A stretch of DNA of 23,373 bases from Elusimicrobiota bacterium. GTDB taxonomy: Bacteria; Elusimicrobiota; Endomicrobiia; CG1-02-37-114; JAHJSO01. The notes under the pieces are model-generated. The model had not been told where the DNA came from. It saw nothing but the letters and a program-made list of their open reading frames with translations, and did no database searches. The stretch is from positions 1-23,373 of the forward strand of contig JBDRQF010000031.1 in the NCBI GenBank assembly GCA_043826435.1. The letters are read 5' to 3'. Numbering within the stretch: position 1 is the stretch's first letter; each line of letters starts with the position of its first letter. The position numbers and the translations under genes are program-made. Below are positions 8,919 to 16,735 of this stretch, in pieces.

Positions 8919-10909
8919 AAAACCCGGACGACGCAGTATTTAACACAGGGATGTGTAAAAATATACGGATGATGTTGCATTTGCAGGGCGGGCAACCGGC
9001 CTTGCAAGTTTTTTTATTTATACTTTGTTGTATCGTCGCTTTCCCCATTTATTCGGCTGACCTGGCGGAGTTCCAGATTATTATCCCCGCCCCCGACCCT
9101 GTTAGTGCAGGCGAGGGCATTACCTTTCAGATAATCGGCGCGAACAAGGGAGCCAAGACATGGCTGAAAGGCAAGTATGAATTTGAAGCCGAGATTTACG
9201 ACTCTAAAAGGACTTATATTCTCAAAACAGGGGCGATAAAAGGCGAGGCGGAAGTACCTGTCGGCGAGACCTTCCTGCAGAACATCCCGTTTAACGTGCC
9301 CAGTAATTATGCAGGTATCTATTATTTCAGAATCAGCATAAATTACGACGGACAGAGGATTGCTTACAGCGATTTCCAGCCGTTTAACGTTACGCCGCTT
9401 GCAGTCATCCCGAGGGTTGTGCCGAAGGTAAAGGTAGGAGGCAATGCGATATTGTCGTACAGGAACGACTCAAAAACCGACTGGCAGAATTACGCCGGCA
9501 ATTTAAGTTTAAATCTTCTTGGAAGTATCCACGAGCGTGCCGTTACATTAAACCTTTATACCTACCATACGAATCAGAAACCCGTTGATTTATATAATAT
9601 CCTGTTGAGTTATTACAGCGAAGCCCTTGATTTTTCCGCCGGCGACATAATGCCTAACTTTTCCATACTCACGATGAGCAACAGCGGTGTCAGGGGCGTT
9701 TATCCCGTCATTAAGACCTCCGCTTTTACCACGTCCGTAATAGGCGCCAGGAGTGCAGAGGGGATTGAGGGCTCATCCGTTACGACCGGCAGTTATGCAA
9801 GGTATATATACGGGATTGATGAAAAGATTTCCATCCCCGGGGACAACTCCATCGGTTTTTCTTATGTTGTCGGCGAGGACGATAAAAGTTCAATATCCAC
9901 TACAGGACCCGTGGACATAAGACCAGTCAGGAACGAGGTTATGGGGGCGAATTTGAGATTCGGGACACTTAAGAAGGTTGTGATGCTGGCTGATTTTGCA
10001 CAGAGCGGACACAGCACCGACACAATCAGGGGCTCTAAAAAATTACAAGACACCGCCTACCGGGTAGGGGCAGAGTCACGGCTGGAAAGTTTTAACGCAA
10101 GGGTTGTTTATCAGACCGTCGGGACCGATTTTAACTCATTAGGCAGTCCCACCACGGTAAAAGACAGGCAGACACAGGAGTTTTCAGGAGGCATGCATAT
10201 AAGGCGGGTGGGAAATATTTCTGCGGGCTATACCAATTACTCGGACAATCTCAAGGCAGACCCGAAGAAGGTCACCACGACGCAAAAAATATCCTCCGCA
10301 GGAATAGGGTTTGCAATACCGAAACTCCCCTCTGTGAACTTCGGTTATTCAGTGAACGACGTGTCAGGCGTAAATTCGGCGGCGGGCACGGCCGTTAACG
10401 TGCTGAAAAACAATACCGACGTCCTTTCTTTCGGCGTCTCATATTCAATCAGGTGGCTTAGGTTCACCTCCGGCGGCCAGAGCGTGAAGTTTGTTGACGC
10501 ACTCTCCTCTGCAAACAACAGGGACACGCTTTCAGTGACGGTGGGGACGAACCTTTTATTCAACGACAGGGCCTCGCTGAATATGGGTTTCACGAATACA
10601 AAGACGGAAAACCCGTCGGATTTATCCGTGAATAAAACGGACAATGTCAGCGTTACCACGAATTTCAAGATTATTCCCACAAAACTTGTTCTGGCTGTAT
10701 GGGGGAATCTCACCACGAGGAAAGACGACAGCAAGACATCTCCTGCGGAGACAGCCGTCACCGTCGGCAACACTGAAATTACCTATTATTTCAGCCAGCA
10801 GTTTGCATGGACGGTCGGCGGGGGCCAGACGGTCACATCAGACAAATTAGACACCGCAAAAGGTTATGATGAGTTGCGGCTGTCCACCAGATTGAGTATC
10901 GGCTTTTAG
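8915..10909 (+). CDS. Outer-membrane beta-barrel protein with N-terminal Ig-like domain
   Basis: Hydrophobic signal segment; Ig-like region with N.G..TW motif; then many amphipathic beta-strands ending RLSTRLSIGF (C-terminal Phe beta-signal). Start uncertain (GTG 8915 overlapping upstream TGA, or a downstream ATG). Confidence 0.75.
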   Translation: MKNPDDAVFNTGMCKNIRMMLHLQGGQPALQVFLFILCCIVAFPIYSADLAEFQIIIPAPDPVSAGEGITFQIIGANKGAKTWLKGKYEFEAEIYDSKRTYILKTGAIKGEAEVPVGETFLQNIPFNVPSNYAGIYYFRISINYDGQRIAYSDFQPFNVTPLAVIPRVVPKVKVGGNAILSYRNDSKTDWQNYAGNLSLNLLGSIHERAVTLNLYTYHTNQKPVDLYNILLSYYSEALDFSAGDIMPNFSILTMSNSGVRGVYPVIKTSAFTTSVIGARSAEGIEGSSVTTGSYARYIYGIDEKISIPGDNSIGFSYVVGEDDKSSISTTGPVDIRPVRNEVMGANLRFGTLKKVVMLADFAQSGHSTDTIRGSKKLQDTAYRVGAESRLESFNARVVYQTVGTDFNSLGSPTTVKDRQTQEFSGGMHIRRVGNISAGYTNYSDNLKADPKKVTTTQKISSAGIGFAIPKLPSVNFGYSVNDVSGVNSAAGTAVNVLKNNTDVLSFGVSYSIRWLRFTSGGQSVKFVDALSSANNRDTLSVTVGTNLLFNDRASLNMGFTNTKTENPSDLSVNKTDNVSVTTNFKIIPTKLVLAVWGNLTTRKDDSKTSPAETAVTVGNTEITYYFSQQFAWTVGGGQTVTSDKLDTAKGYDELRLSTRLSIGF

Positions 10910-10931
10910 GTTCGTTGATGGGGTCATTGAA

Positions 10932-11061
10932 TGTCATTGCGAGCGACCGAAGGGAGCGTGGCAATCTTGTCGGTAAAAATGAGATTGCTTCGTCGCTAAC
11001 GCTCCTCGCAATGACACACGGCATTGAGATTGCTTCGTCGCTAACGCTCCTCGCAATGACA
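10932..11061. repeat. REP/RPE-like GTCATTGCGAG palindromic element with duplicated right arm; probable transcription terminator or pause hairpin
   Basis: Perfect 12-bp inverted repeat 10932-10943/11005-11016; inner inverted repeat GCAATCT/AGATTGC 10961-10967/10982-10988; exact 37-bp duplication 10980-11016 = 11025-11061. Confidence 0.85.
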
Positions 11062-11128
11062 AATTCTACGGGTATAACAGCCTAATTTCAGCATCCATCC
11101 GCCTGCCGGCAATCGTAACGTCCACTTC

Positions 11129-11157
11129 TTGACAAACGGTAAATAAAAATATATAAT
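11129..11157 (+). promoter_or_regulatory. Consensus sigma70 promoter
   Basis: TTGACA (11129-11134), 17 bp spacer, TATAAT (11152-11157). Confidence 0.85.
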
Positions 11158-11163
11158 ACCATT

Positions 11164-11625
11164 ATGAAACTTACTGATGAAGAACTGAAATGGGGAAGGG
11201 AACTGCTTTCCGGTATTGACTTCCTTGAATCCCTGCCGAAGGATGAGATTGACGCCCTGGCGAAATCAATGGGGAAAAGCGAATACAACCCCGGCCAGAC
11301 GATAATTTTTCAGGGGGAATTCACAAACAGTTTGTATCTCGTTCATCACGGCAGGGTTTCCGTTTGGGTAAAAGCCAAAGAGGGGGGCAGGAAAAAGGTC
11401 GCTGAGATAGGCCCAAGGAATTATTTCGGCGAGATGTCCCTTATCGGTTCAACCAGCGCCCGTGCGACCCTTAAGGCGGAAGAATCTACCGTGGTTTACA
11501 GCATAGCAGGCGACGATTTTTACAAAATCATCCAGGAAGACCTGAATGCCCTGCAGAAAGTAAAAGACAAAATAGTTGAGAGGAAAAAGACGCTTGATGA
11601 AGTGAGCGCATCGGGGAGCAAGTAA
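11164..11625 (+). CDS. Stand-alone cyclic-nucleotide-binding domain protein
   Basis: GQTIIFQGE...LYLVHHGRVSV...YFGEMSL...RATLKA; no HTH follows. Confidence 0.88.
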   Translation: MKLTDEELKWGRELLSGIDFLESLPKDEIDALAKSMGKSEYNPGQTIIFQGEFTNSLYLVHHGRVSVWVKAKEGGRKKVAEIGPRNYFGEMSLIGSTSARATLKAEESTVVYSIAGDDFYKIIQEDLNALQKVKDKIVERKKTLDEVSASGSK

Positions 11626-14600
11626 TGGCAAAAAAAACTTCGTGGCTTCTTTCAGAACTTATAATAGGGTTTATCGTGTCGGCGTTGGTAGCCGGGATGT
11701 ATTTCGGCGAGTTTTCATTCTTTGAAGGGATTGAGTACAAACTCTACGATTTACGGGCGAAATTCAGGCAGACAAAAAAGGCGAACCCCGATATTGTAAT
11801 CGTCACCATTGACGACCAGAGCATCACCAACATCGGAAGGTGGCCCTGGCCCAGGTCGGTTATTGCCGGGCTTGTAGATAAATTAGCGTCAACAGAGCCG
11901 AAGGTGATAGGGCTTAATATTTTATTCACCGAGCCCGACAGGAACCAGGGGCTTGAGGAAATCCGCTACCTTAAACAGCAGTATGTCGGGATGATGTTTA
12001 AGTTACAGCGGAAGTTAAAAGCCGCAGGCGACAAGAGACAGATGTCCGAGTTCCTTGAAGCGATGTCCATCTCGGAAGAGGCGATGGACAACGACACTAT
12101 CCTCTCAAACTCAATAGCGGATGCAGGGAACGTTGTCCTGCCGATGTTTTTCGCCATGGGTGTGCCGCTCACCAGCGAGGCGGAAGAAATACCGGAGTTG
12201 CTCTCAAACAATATCCTGTCAAACATAGAAGAAACGGCAACCTCGCCTGCCGGGCAAGGGGGTTACCCTGCGGAGAAGGGGCCGGACGTCACACAGGGGC
12301 ACTCGCCTGTTATCCCGTATGAATTGTTCGGCGAGGTGGCGGGGGGCATAGGCCATTCCAACCTGACTGCAGACAGCGATGGCGTAATAAGAAGGGCAGT
12401 CCCCGTGATATACAGCGACGGCAAGTATTACCCTTCGTTTGTGATGCAACTTGTCCGTTTATACCGTAAAATTTCACTTGACGACATAAAGGTCAGGCCG
12501 GGCAAGGAGATTACCTTCGGAAACGCCCGTATCCCGCTGGGCGAAAGGATGGCGATGTTGATTGACTACGCGGGCCCCGTGCAGACATATCCGTACTATT
12601 CCGTTTTTGACGTCCTTACGGATAAAATTCCGCCTGAGGTATTTAAAAATAAAATCATTATAGTCGGTTATATGGCAACTGGCCTTGCTGATTTGAACGT
12701 CGTGCCAATAGGCCATAATTTCCCGGGCACGGAAATAATAGCCAATACACTTCAGAACATACTTGAACAGAAATTTATCAGCCGGCCTGCCTGGGCAAGA
12801 AGTTTTGAAATCGGCTCGCTTTTGTTTTGCGCTGTTCTCGTTACCTTTCTCATATCCCGTCTCAAGGCGCAATGGTCTTCCCTGATTTCAGCGGTGGTGC
12901 TTCTGGCGATATTCGCTTTCGGGACTTATATGTTTGTGAAGGGAGGACAGTGGGTTAAAATTTCATACCCGTCGCTGTTGCTGCTGGTCGGTTATACCGT
13001 CATTATCTCACGGAGATTTTTACTGACGGAAAAACGTAAGGAACTGGTTGAAGCCGAGAGTATTGAGACGAACAAGATGCTGGGGCTTTCGTTTCAGGGG
13101 CAGGGGATGCTTGATTTGGCTTTTGAGAAATTCAGGAAGTGCCCCGTTGACGATACGGTGAAAGAGCTGCTCTACAACCTGGGGCTTGATTTTGAGAGGA
13201 AAAGGCAGTTCAACAAGGCGGTGGCTGTGTATGAACACGTGCAGTCAGCCGACCCGAAATACAAGGACATCGCCAACAAAACCCAGATGCTGAAAAGCGC
13301 AGGCGAGGGCGCGATTTTCGGCACGACGTTGAAGAAAACAAAAGGTGAAACCGTAATACTTGAAGGGGCTGCCGCGCAAACGCCCACCCTCGGCAGGTAC
13401 GAGATTGTAAAAGAATTGGGGCACGGAGCGATGGGCACGGTGTATCTCGGTAAAGACCCCAAGATAAACAGGATGGTAGCCGTCAAGACGGTCCGTTTTG
13501 AAGACGACGTGCCGGAAGAGGAAATGAAATCAATAAAGCAGAGATTTTTCCGTGAAGCGGAATCAGCAGGGAAATTAGCGCATCCGAATATCATAAGGAT
13601 TTTTGACGCAGGAGAGGACTACGACGTTTCCTACATAGCGATGGAGTTACTTGAAGGCGGTGATTTAAAGGATTTTTGCGCGAAAGACAAGTTGCTGCCT
13701 ATCAGGGATGCGGTCAATTATGTTATAAAAGTGGCGGACGCGCTGGATTACGCTCACCAGCAGGGGGTAGTCCACAGGGACATAAAACCCGCGAACATAA
13801 TGCACCTGAAAGACGGCAGTATAAGGGTTACCGACTTCGGTATTGCAAGGATAATGGCTTCTTCAAAAACGCAAACGGGGACCGTGCTGGGGACTCCGTC
13901 TTATATGTCTCCGGAACAGATATCTGGCAAAAAGGTTGACGGACGCGCTGATTTATTTTCCCTGGGGGTAGTGCTGTATGAGTTGCTTACAGGAGAAAAG
14001 CCGTTCCAGGGAGACAATATCGCAACACTGCTGTTCCAGATAGCGAATGAGAACCCGCCCGACCCCAAAACATACAACCCTGCAATACCCGACTGTCTGG
14101 CGCCTGTAATAGACAGGGCATTACGTAAGGACCCGGAGAAAAGATACCAGCGGGGACAGGAGATGGTAGCCGACCTTAAGAAGTGTCTTGATACAATTGA
14201 AGGCGGCGGGGCGTCAGGCGTTAGCATCTCGTCGAAATCGGCCTCCGCCGGTATTCCTCCTGCGGCGGGTGTCCCTCCTGTGGCTGAAAAACCAAAAGCG
14301 GGCCCTCCAACTCCTCCGATTCCCCAGGAAAAATCGCCTATCAGTACGCGTCCGACCGTTGACCAGGAAGCCACCATAAAAGATATTTTCAGTGAACTGA
14401 AAAACGTCATTAATACGAAAACCCCGCCGGCGCAGCCGGCACCGACGAGAGACCCGCAAGGTGGGGTAGGCCAGCCGGTAGTGCCGCCAGTAGGTTCCAC
14501 TACCGGGGCAGGTCCGGATATAGTTCCGTCGGGCAAAACGGTAGAAGAAGGTACGGCAAAATTTGAAATAAAAGCGAAGCCCACGGAAGCAACCATAAAG

Positions 14601-14678
14601 ATAAAACCCGACGACAAAAAGGGGGTTGATGAGACGATTAAAATTTCACCCCCGCCAAAGGACGGTATGCTATCCTGA
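11625..14678 (+). CDS. CHASE2-sensor Ser/Thr protein kinase (TM-CHASE2-3TM-TPR-kinase-Pro-rich tail)
   Basis: CHASE2 motifs IVIVTIDD...GRWPWPR and DSDGVIRR; three hydrophobic helices; TPR-like LLYNLG..FE; kinase motifs GHGAMG, VAVK, HRDIKPAN, DFG, GTPSYMSPEQ. TAATG overlap with the upstream gene. Confidence 0.93.
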   Translation: MAKKTSWLLSELIIGFIVSALVAGMYFGEFSFFEGIEYKLYDLRAKFRQTKKANPDIVIVTIDDQSITNIGRWPWPRSVIAGLVDKLASTEPKVIGLNILFTEPDRNQGLEEIRYLKQQYVGMMFKLQRKLKAAGDKRQMSEFLEAMSISEEAMDNDTILSNSIADAGNVVLPMFFAMGVPLTSEAEEIPELLSNNILSNIEETATSPAGQGGYPAEKGPDVTQGHSPVIPYELFGEVAGGIGHSNLTADSDGVIRRAVPVIYSDGKYYPSFVMQLVRLYRKISLDDIKVRPGKEITFGNARIPLGERMAMLIDYAGPVQTYPYYSVFDVLTDKIPPEVFKNKIIIVGYMATGLADLNVVPIGHNFPGTEIIANTLQNILEQKFISRPAWARSFEIGSLLFCAVLVTFLISRLKAQWSSLISAVVLLAIFAFGTYMFVKGGQWVKISYPSLLLLVGYTVIISRRFLLTEKRKELVEAESIETNKMLGLSFQGQGMLDLAFEKFRKCPVDDTVKELLYNLGLDFERKRQFNKAVAVYEHVQSADPKYKDIANKTQMLKSAGEGAIFGTTLKKTKGETVILEGAAAQTPTLGRYEIVKELGHGAMGTVYLGKDPKINRMVAVKTVRFEDDVPEEEMKSIKQRFFREAESAGKLAHPNIIRIFDAGEDYDVSYIAMELLEGGDLKDFCAKDKLLPIRDAVNYVIKVADALDYAHQQGVVHRDIKPANIMHLKDGSIRVTDFGIARIMASSKTQTGTVLGTPSYMSPEQISGKKVDGRADLFSLGVVLYELLTGEKPFQGDNIATLLFQIANENPPDPKTYNPAIPDCLAPVIDRALRKDPEKRYQRGQEMVADLKKCLDTIEGGGASGVSISSKSASAGIPPAAGVPPVAEKPKAGPPTPPIPQEKSPISTRPTVDQEATIKDIFSELKNVINTKTPPAQPAPTRDPQGGVGQPVVPPVGSTTGAGPDIVPSGKTVEEGTAKFEIKAKPTEATIKIKPDDKKGVDETIKISPPPKDGMLS

Positions 14679-15535
14679 TGAAAATAGAAATTGCAGGACA
14701 AACGGATAAGGGTATCGTTCGTTCCAACAACGAAGACAATTTTTATGTTGACGAAAGACAGGGACTATTCGTCGTCGCGGACGGCGCGGGCGGGCAGGCG
14801 ACGGGAGAAGTTGCAAGTCGTCTTGCGGTTGATATCATAAAACAGCAGGTGGAAAAATATTTTAGGGGGGAGGACGTTCTCTTCGGCGCAAGGAATCCCG
14901 ATTTTTCCGACGCCACGAATGCATTAACGTCTTCAATAAGGTTTGCAAACCAGATAATTTACGAGGCATCAAAAAAATATCCACAGAACCAGGGGATGGC
15001 GACGACGTGCGTCGCCGCCATGTTTAGCGGCGACAGGGTTTCATACTGCAACGTGGGAGACAGCCGGTTATATCTCTGCAGGGACGGGCAGATGAAACTC
15101 ATTACGGTGGACCACTCCCTTGTAATGGAGCAGTTGAAACGGGGGCTCATAACCGAAGAGCAGGCGGAAAAGGCGGAGTATAAGAACGTACTTACACGCG
15201 CCCTGGGGTCAGACCAGTCGGTTGAAGTTGATATGTTTGAAATCCCTGCGGCAGAAGGTGATGTTTTGCTTGCATGTTCCGACGGGTTGACGAGGATGCT
15301 CAGGGACGAAACCATAAAAAAAACGGTTCAGGATGGACTCTCTGCTACCGGAGGGGCGCAGCAGGGACAGGAAAGTGAATCGGATGTGCTTAAAGATATA
15401 TGCTCTATGCTTATCAGCCAGGCGAATGCACTCGGCGGCAGGGACAACATTACCGTCGCGCTCGCCAGGGTAGTGCATCATAAAGAGGGCGCGGCAGGCA
15501 TTTTAAAGAAAATCTGGAAAGGTATGGCAAAGTAA
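14678..15535 (+). CDS. PP2C/PPM-family Ser/Thr phosphatase (Stp1/PrpC-like)
   Basis: R..NED, VADG.GG, NVGDSRLY, DHSLV, LTRALG, CSDGL, GGRDNIT motifs; TGATG overlap with the kinase gene. Confidence 0.93.
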   Translation: MKIEIAGQTDKGIVRSNNEDNFYVDERQGLFVVADGAGGQATGEVASRLAVDIIKQQVEKYFRGEDVLFGARNPDFSDATNALTSSIRFANQIIYEASKKYPQNQGMATTCVAAMFSGDRVSYCNVGDSRLYLCRDGQMKLITVDHSLVMEQLKRGLITEEQAEKAEYKNVLTRALGSDQSVEVDMFEIPAAEGDVLLACSDGLTRMLRDETIKKTVQDGLSATGGAQQGQESESDVLKDICSMLISQANALGGRDNITVALARVVHHKEGAAGILKKIWKGMAK

Positions 15536-15541
15536 AAACAG

Positions 15542-15570
15542 TTGATTTTTTGATAATTTTTATGTAAAAT
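15542..15570 (+). promoter_or_regulatory. Probable sigma70 promoter for the FHA gene
   Basis: TTGATT-17-TAAAAT; RBS-like GAGGGG at 15578-15583. Confidence 0.5.
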
Positions 15571-15591
15571 AATAGCAGAGGGGAAACGGCA

Positions 15592-16335
15592 ATGCCAAAA
15601 CTTTTACTCAAGTTTAATATGGCGGTGATAAAGGAAATCCCCATACAGGAGGGGGTGGCCTCCGTCAGCGTCGGCAGAAAAGAAGATAATGATATCATAA
15701 TTGATAACCCCGCTGTCTCAAGCCATCACGCACGGCTGGTAAAACACGGGAACAAGTTTTTCGTTGAAGATTTAAACAGCACCAACGGGACATTTATTGC
15801 AGGCAGGAAAATTCTTAAAGCCGAAGTCCAGCACAATATGCAGATAGACATTGCAAAACACTCGCTCGTATTTATTGACGACACCCCCACAGGGGCAGCG
15901 ACTGAGCAGGCGCCCGTAGGGACCAGCGACCAGACGGTTGTTATTGCATCAACCCGGCAGAAGGAACTCCTGGAAAAGATGTCAGCCCCGGAGGCGTATG
16001 CGCCGCCGAAGATTGAAAAGGTCGGTTGCCTGAGAGTGGTGGACGGCATTGTTGACAAGACGGAGATAGAGATTTCAGGGCTGGTCACTTACATAGGCAC
16101 CGACGACGCAGCAGCGATTAAATTTCAGCCGGCGGGTGGTATCTTCGGCGGGGGCGCTCCTAAAATAGCGGGGCTCATAAACAAGCGGCCCGATGGCTAC
16201 ATATTTAAAGCACTAAAAGAGGGTTTCCCGAAAGTCAACGGCCAGCCGGTAAAAGACCACGTTATACTTCAGGACGGCAACGTGATTGAAGTCGGTAAAA
16301 CGAAGATGGTCTTTTTCTTCAAGGATAAGATTTAG
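15592..16335 (+). CDS. FHA-domain protein (canonical N-terminal FHA plus degenerate C-terminal FHA)
   Basis: VGR..DNDI...VSSHHA...DLNSTNGT; the second FHA-like unit (YIGT...VNG...L.DGNVIEVG) lacks the GR and SxxH residues. Confidence 0.88.
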   Translation: MPKLLLKFNMAVIKEIPIQEGVASVSVGRKEDNDIIIDNPAVSSHHARLVKHGNKFFVEDLNSTNGTFIAGRKILKAEVQHNMQIDIAKHSLVFIDDTPTGAATEQAPVGTSDQTVVIASTRQKELLEKMSAPEAYAPPKIEKVGCLRVVDGIVDKTEIEISGLVTYIGTDDAAAIKFQPAGGIFGGGAPKIAGLINKRPDGYIFKALKEGFPKVNGQPVKDHVILQDGNVIEVGKTKMVFFFKDKI

Positions 16336-16386
16336 AAACCCAGCCTGTTGCATCCCACATTATGTTTTTATGAAATTCAATGATAA

Positions 16387-16460
16387 TGCGCCTGGGGCGA
16401 TTTGAACGCCCAGCCTGCGGGTTCGAAGCCCGACGCTCTATCCAGTTGAGCTACAGGCGC
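16387..16460 (-). tRNA. tRNA-Arg (anticodon TCG), CCA not encoded
   Basis: Reverse complement GCGCCTG TA GCTC AACTGGATA GAGC G TCGGG CT TCG AA CCCGC AGGCT GGGCG TTCAAAT CGCCC CAGGCGC A folds as a cloverleaf; U-C mismatch at the top of the anticodon stem. Confidence 0.93.
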
Positions 16461-16529
16461 ATCTGACGTCCTGTACAATATTTAACACAGAAATATGTGA
16501 ATGTACGAACACGTTGCACTGGCGCTTAT

Positions 16530-16558
16530 ATTATCTAAAAAAAATAACAATGTGTCAA
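16530..16558 (-). promoter_or_regulatory. Probable sigma70 promoter for tRNA-Arg
   Basis: Minus strand TTGACA (16558-16553)-17-GATAAT (16535-16530). Confidence 0.6.
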
Positions 16559-16661
16559 GTGGTTCCGGCGGAGTGTGTTCCGGCGGAGTGGCCACAACCA
16601 AATTGTCATGGTACGGTTGATAAGGCCCGGTTGCTGTGGCCGGGTTCCGGGTGGACAAGTA

Positions 16662-16690
16662 TTTACAAAACAGTCGCAATTTACTATAAT
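16662..16690 (+). promoter_or_regulatory. Probable sigma70 promoter for the DEAD-box helicase
   Basis: TTTACA-17-TATAAT, with RBS GGAGGG at 16724-16729. Confidence 0.65.
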
Positions 16691-16735
16691 GATAGGTACC
16701 GGGAGAGGAGCAAGAACCGGAACGGAGGGAATCTA

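Noticed and set aside
10980..11061. Two identical 37-bp repeats resembling CRISPR repeats
   Set aside because: Only 8 bp separate them, they are arms of a palindromic element, and no cas genes are present.
13901..14701. Long antisense ORFs (this 266-aa one; also 7147-7815, 18495-19139, 21984-22700, 18027-18455)
   Set aside because: They are shadows of well-supported + strand genes or tRNAs, with no recognisable motifs.
14678..16335. Type VI secretion PpkA/PppA/Fha regulatory module
   Set aside because: No T6SS structural genes in the window, and the kinase has a CHASE2 architecture unlike PpkA.
16387..16460. tRNA-Arg as the att site of an island spanning the left-hand cluster
   Set aside because: No integrase and no duplicated tRNA 3' end seen in the window; cannot be excluded beyond the left edge.
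16514..16735. N-terminal extension of the DEAD-box ORF in the ORF track
   Set aside because: It runs across two promoters; the RBS and Q-motif position support ATG 16736.
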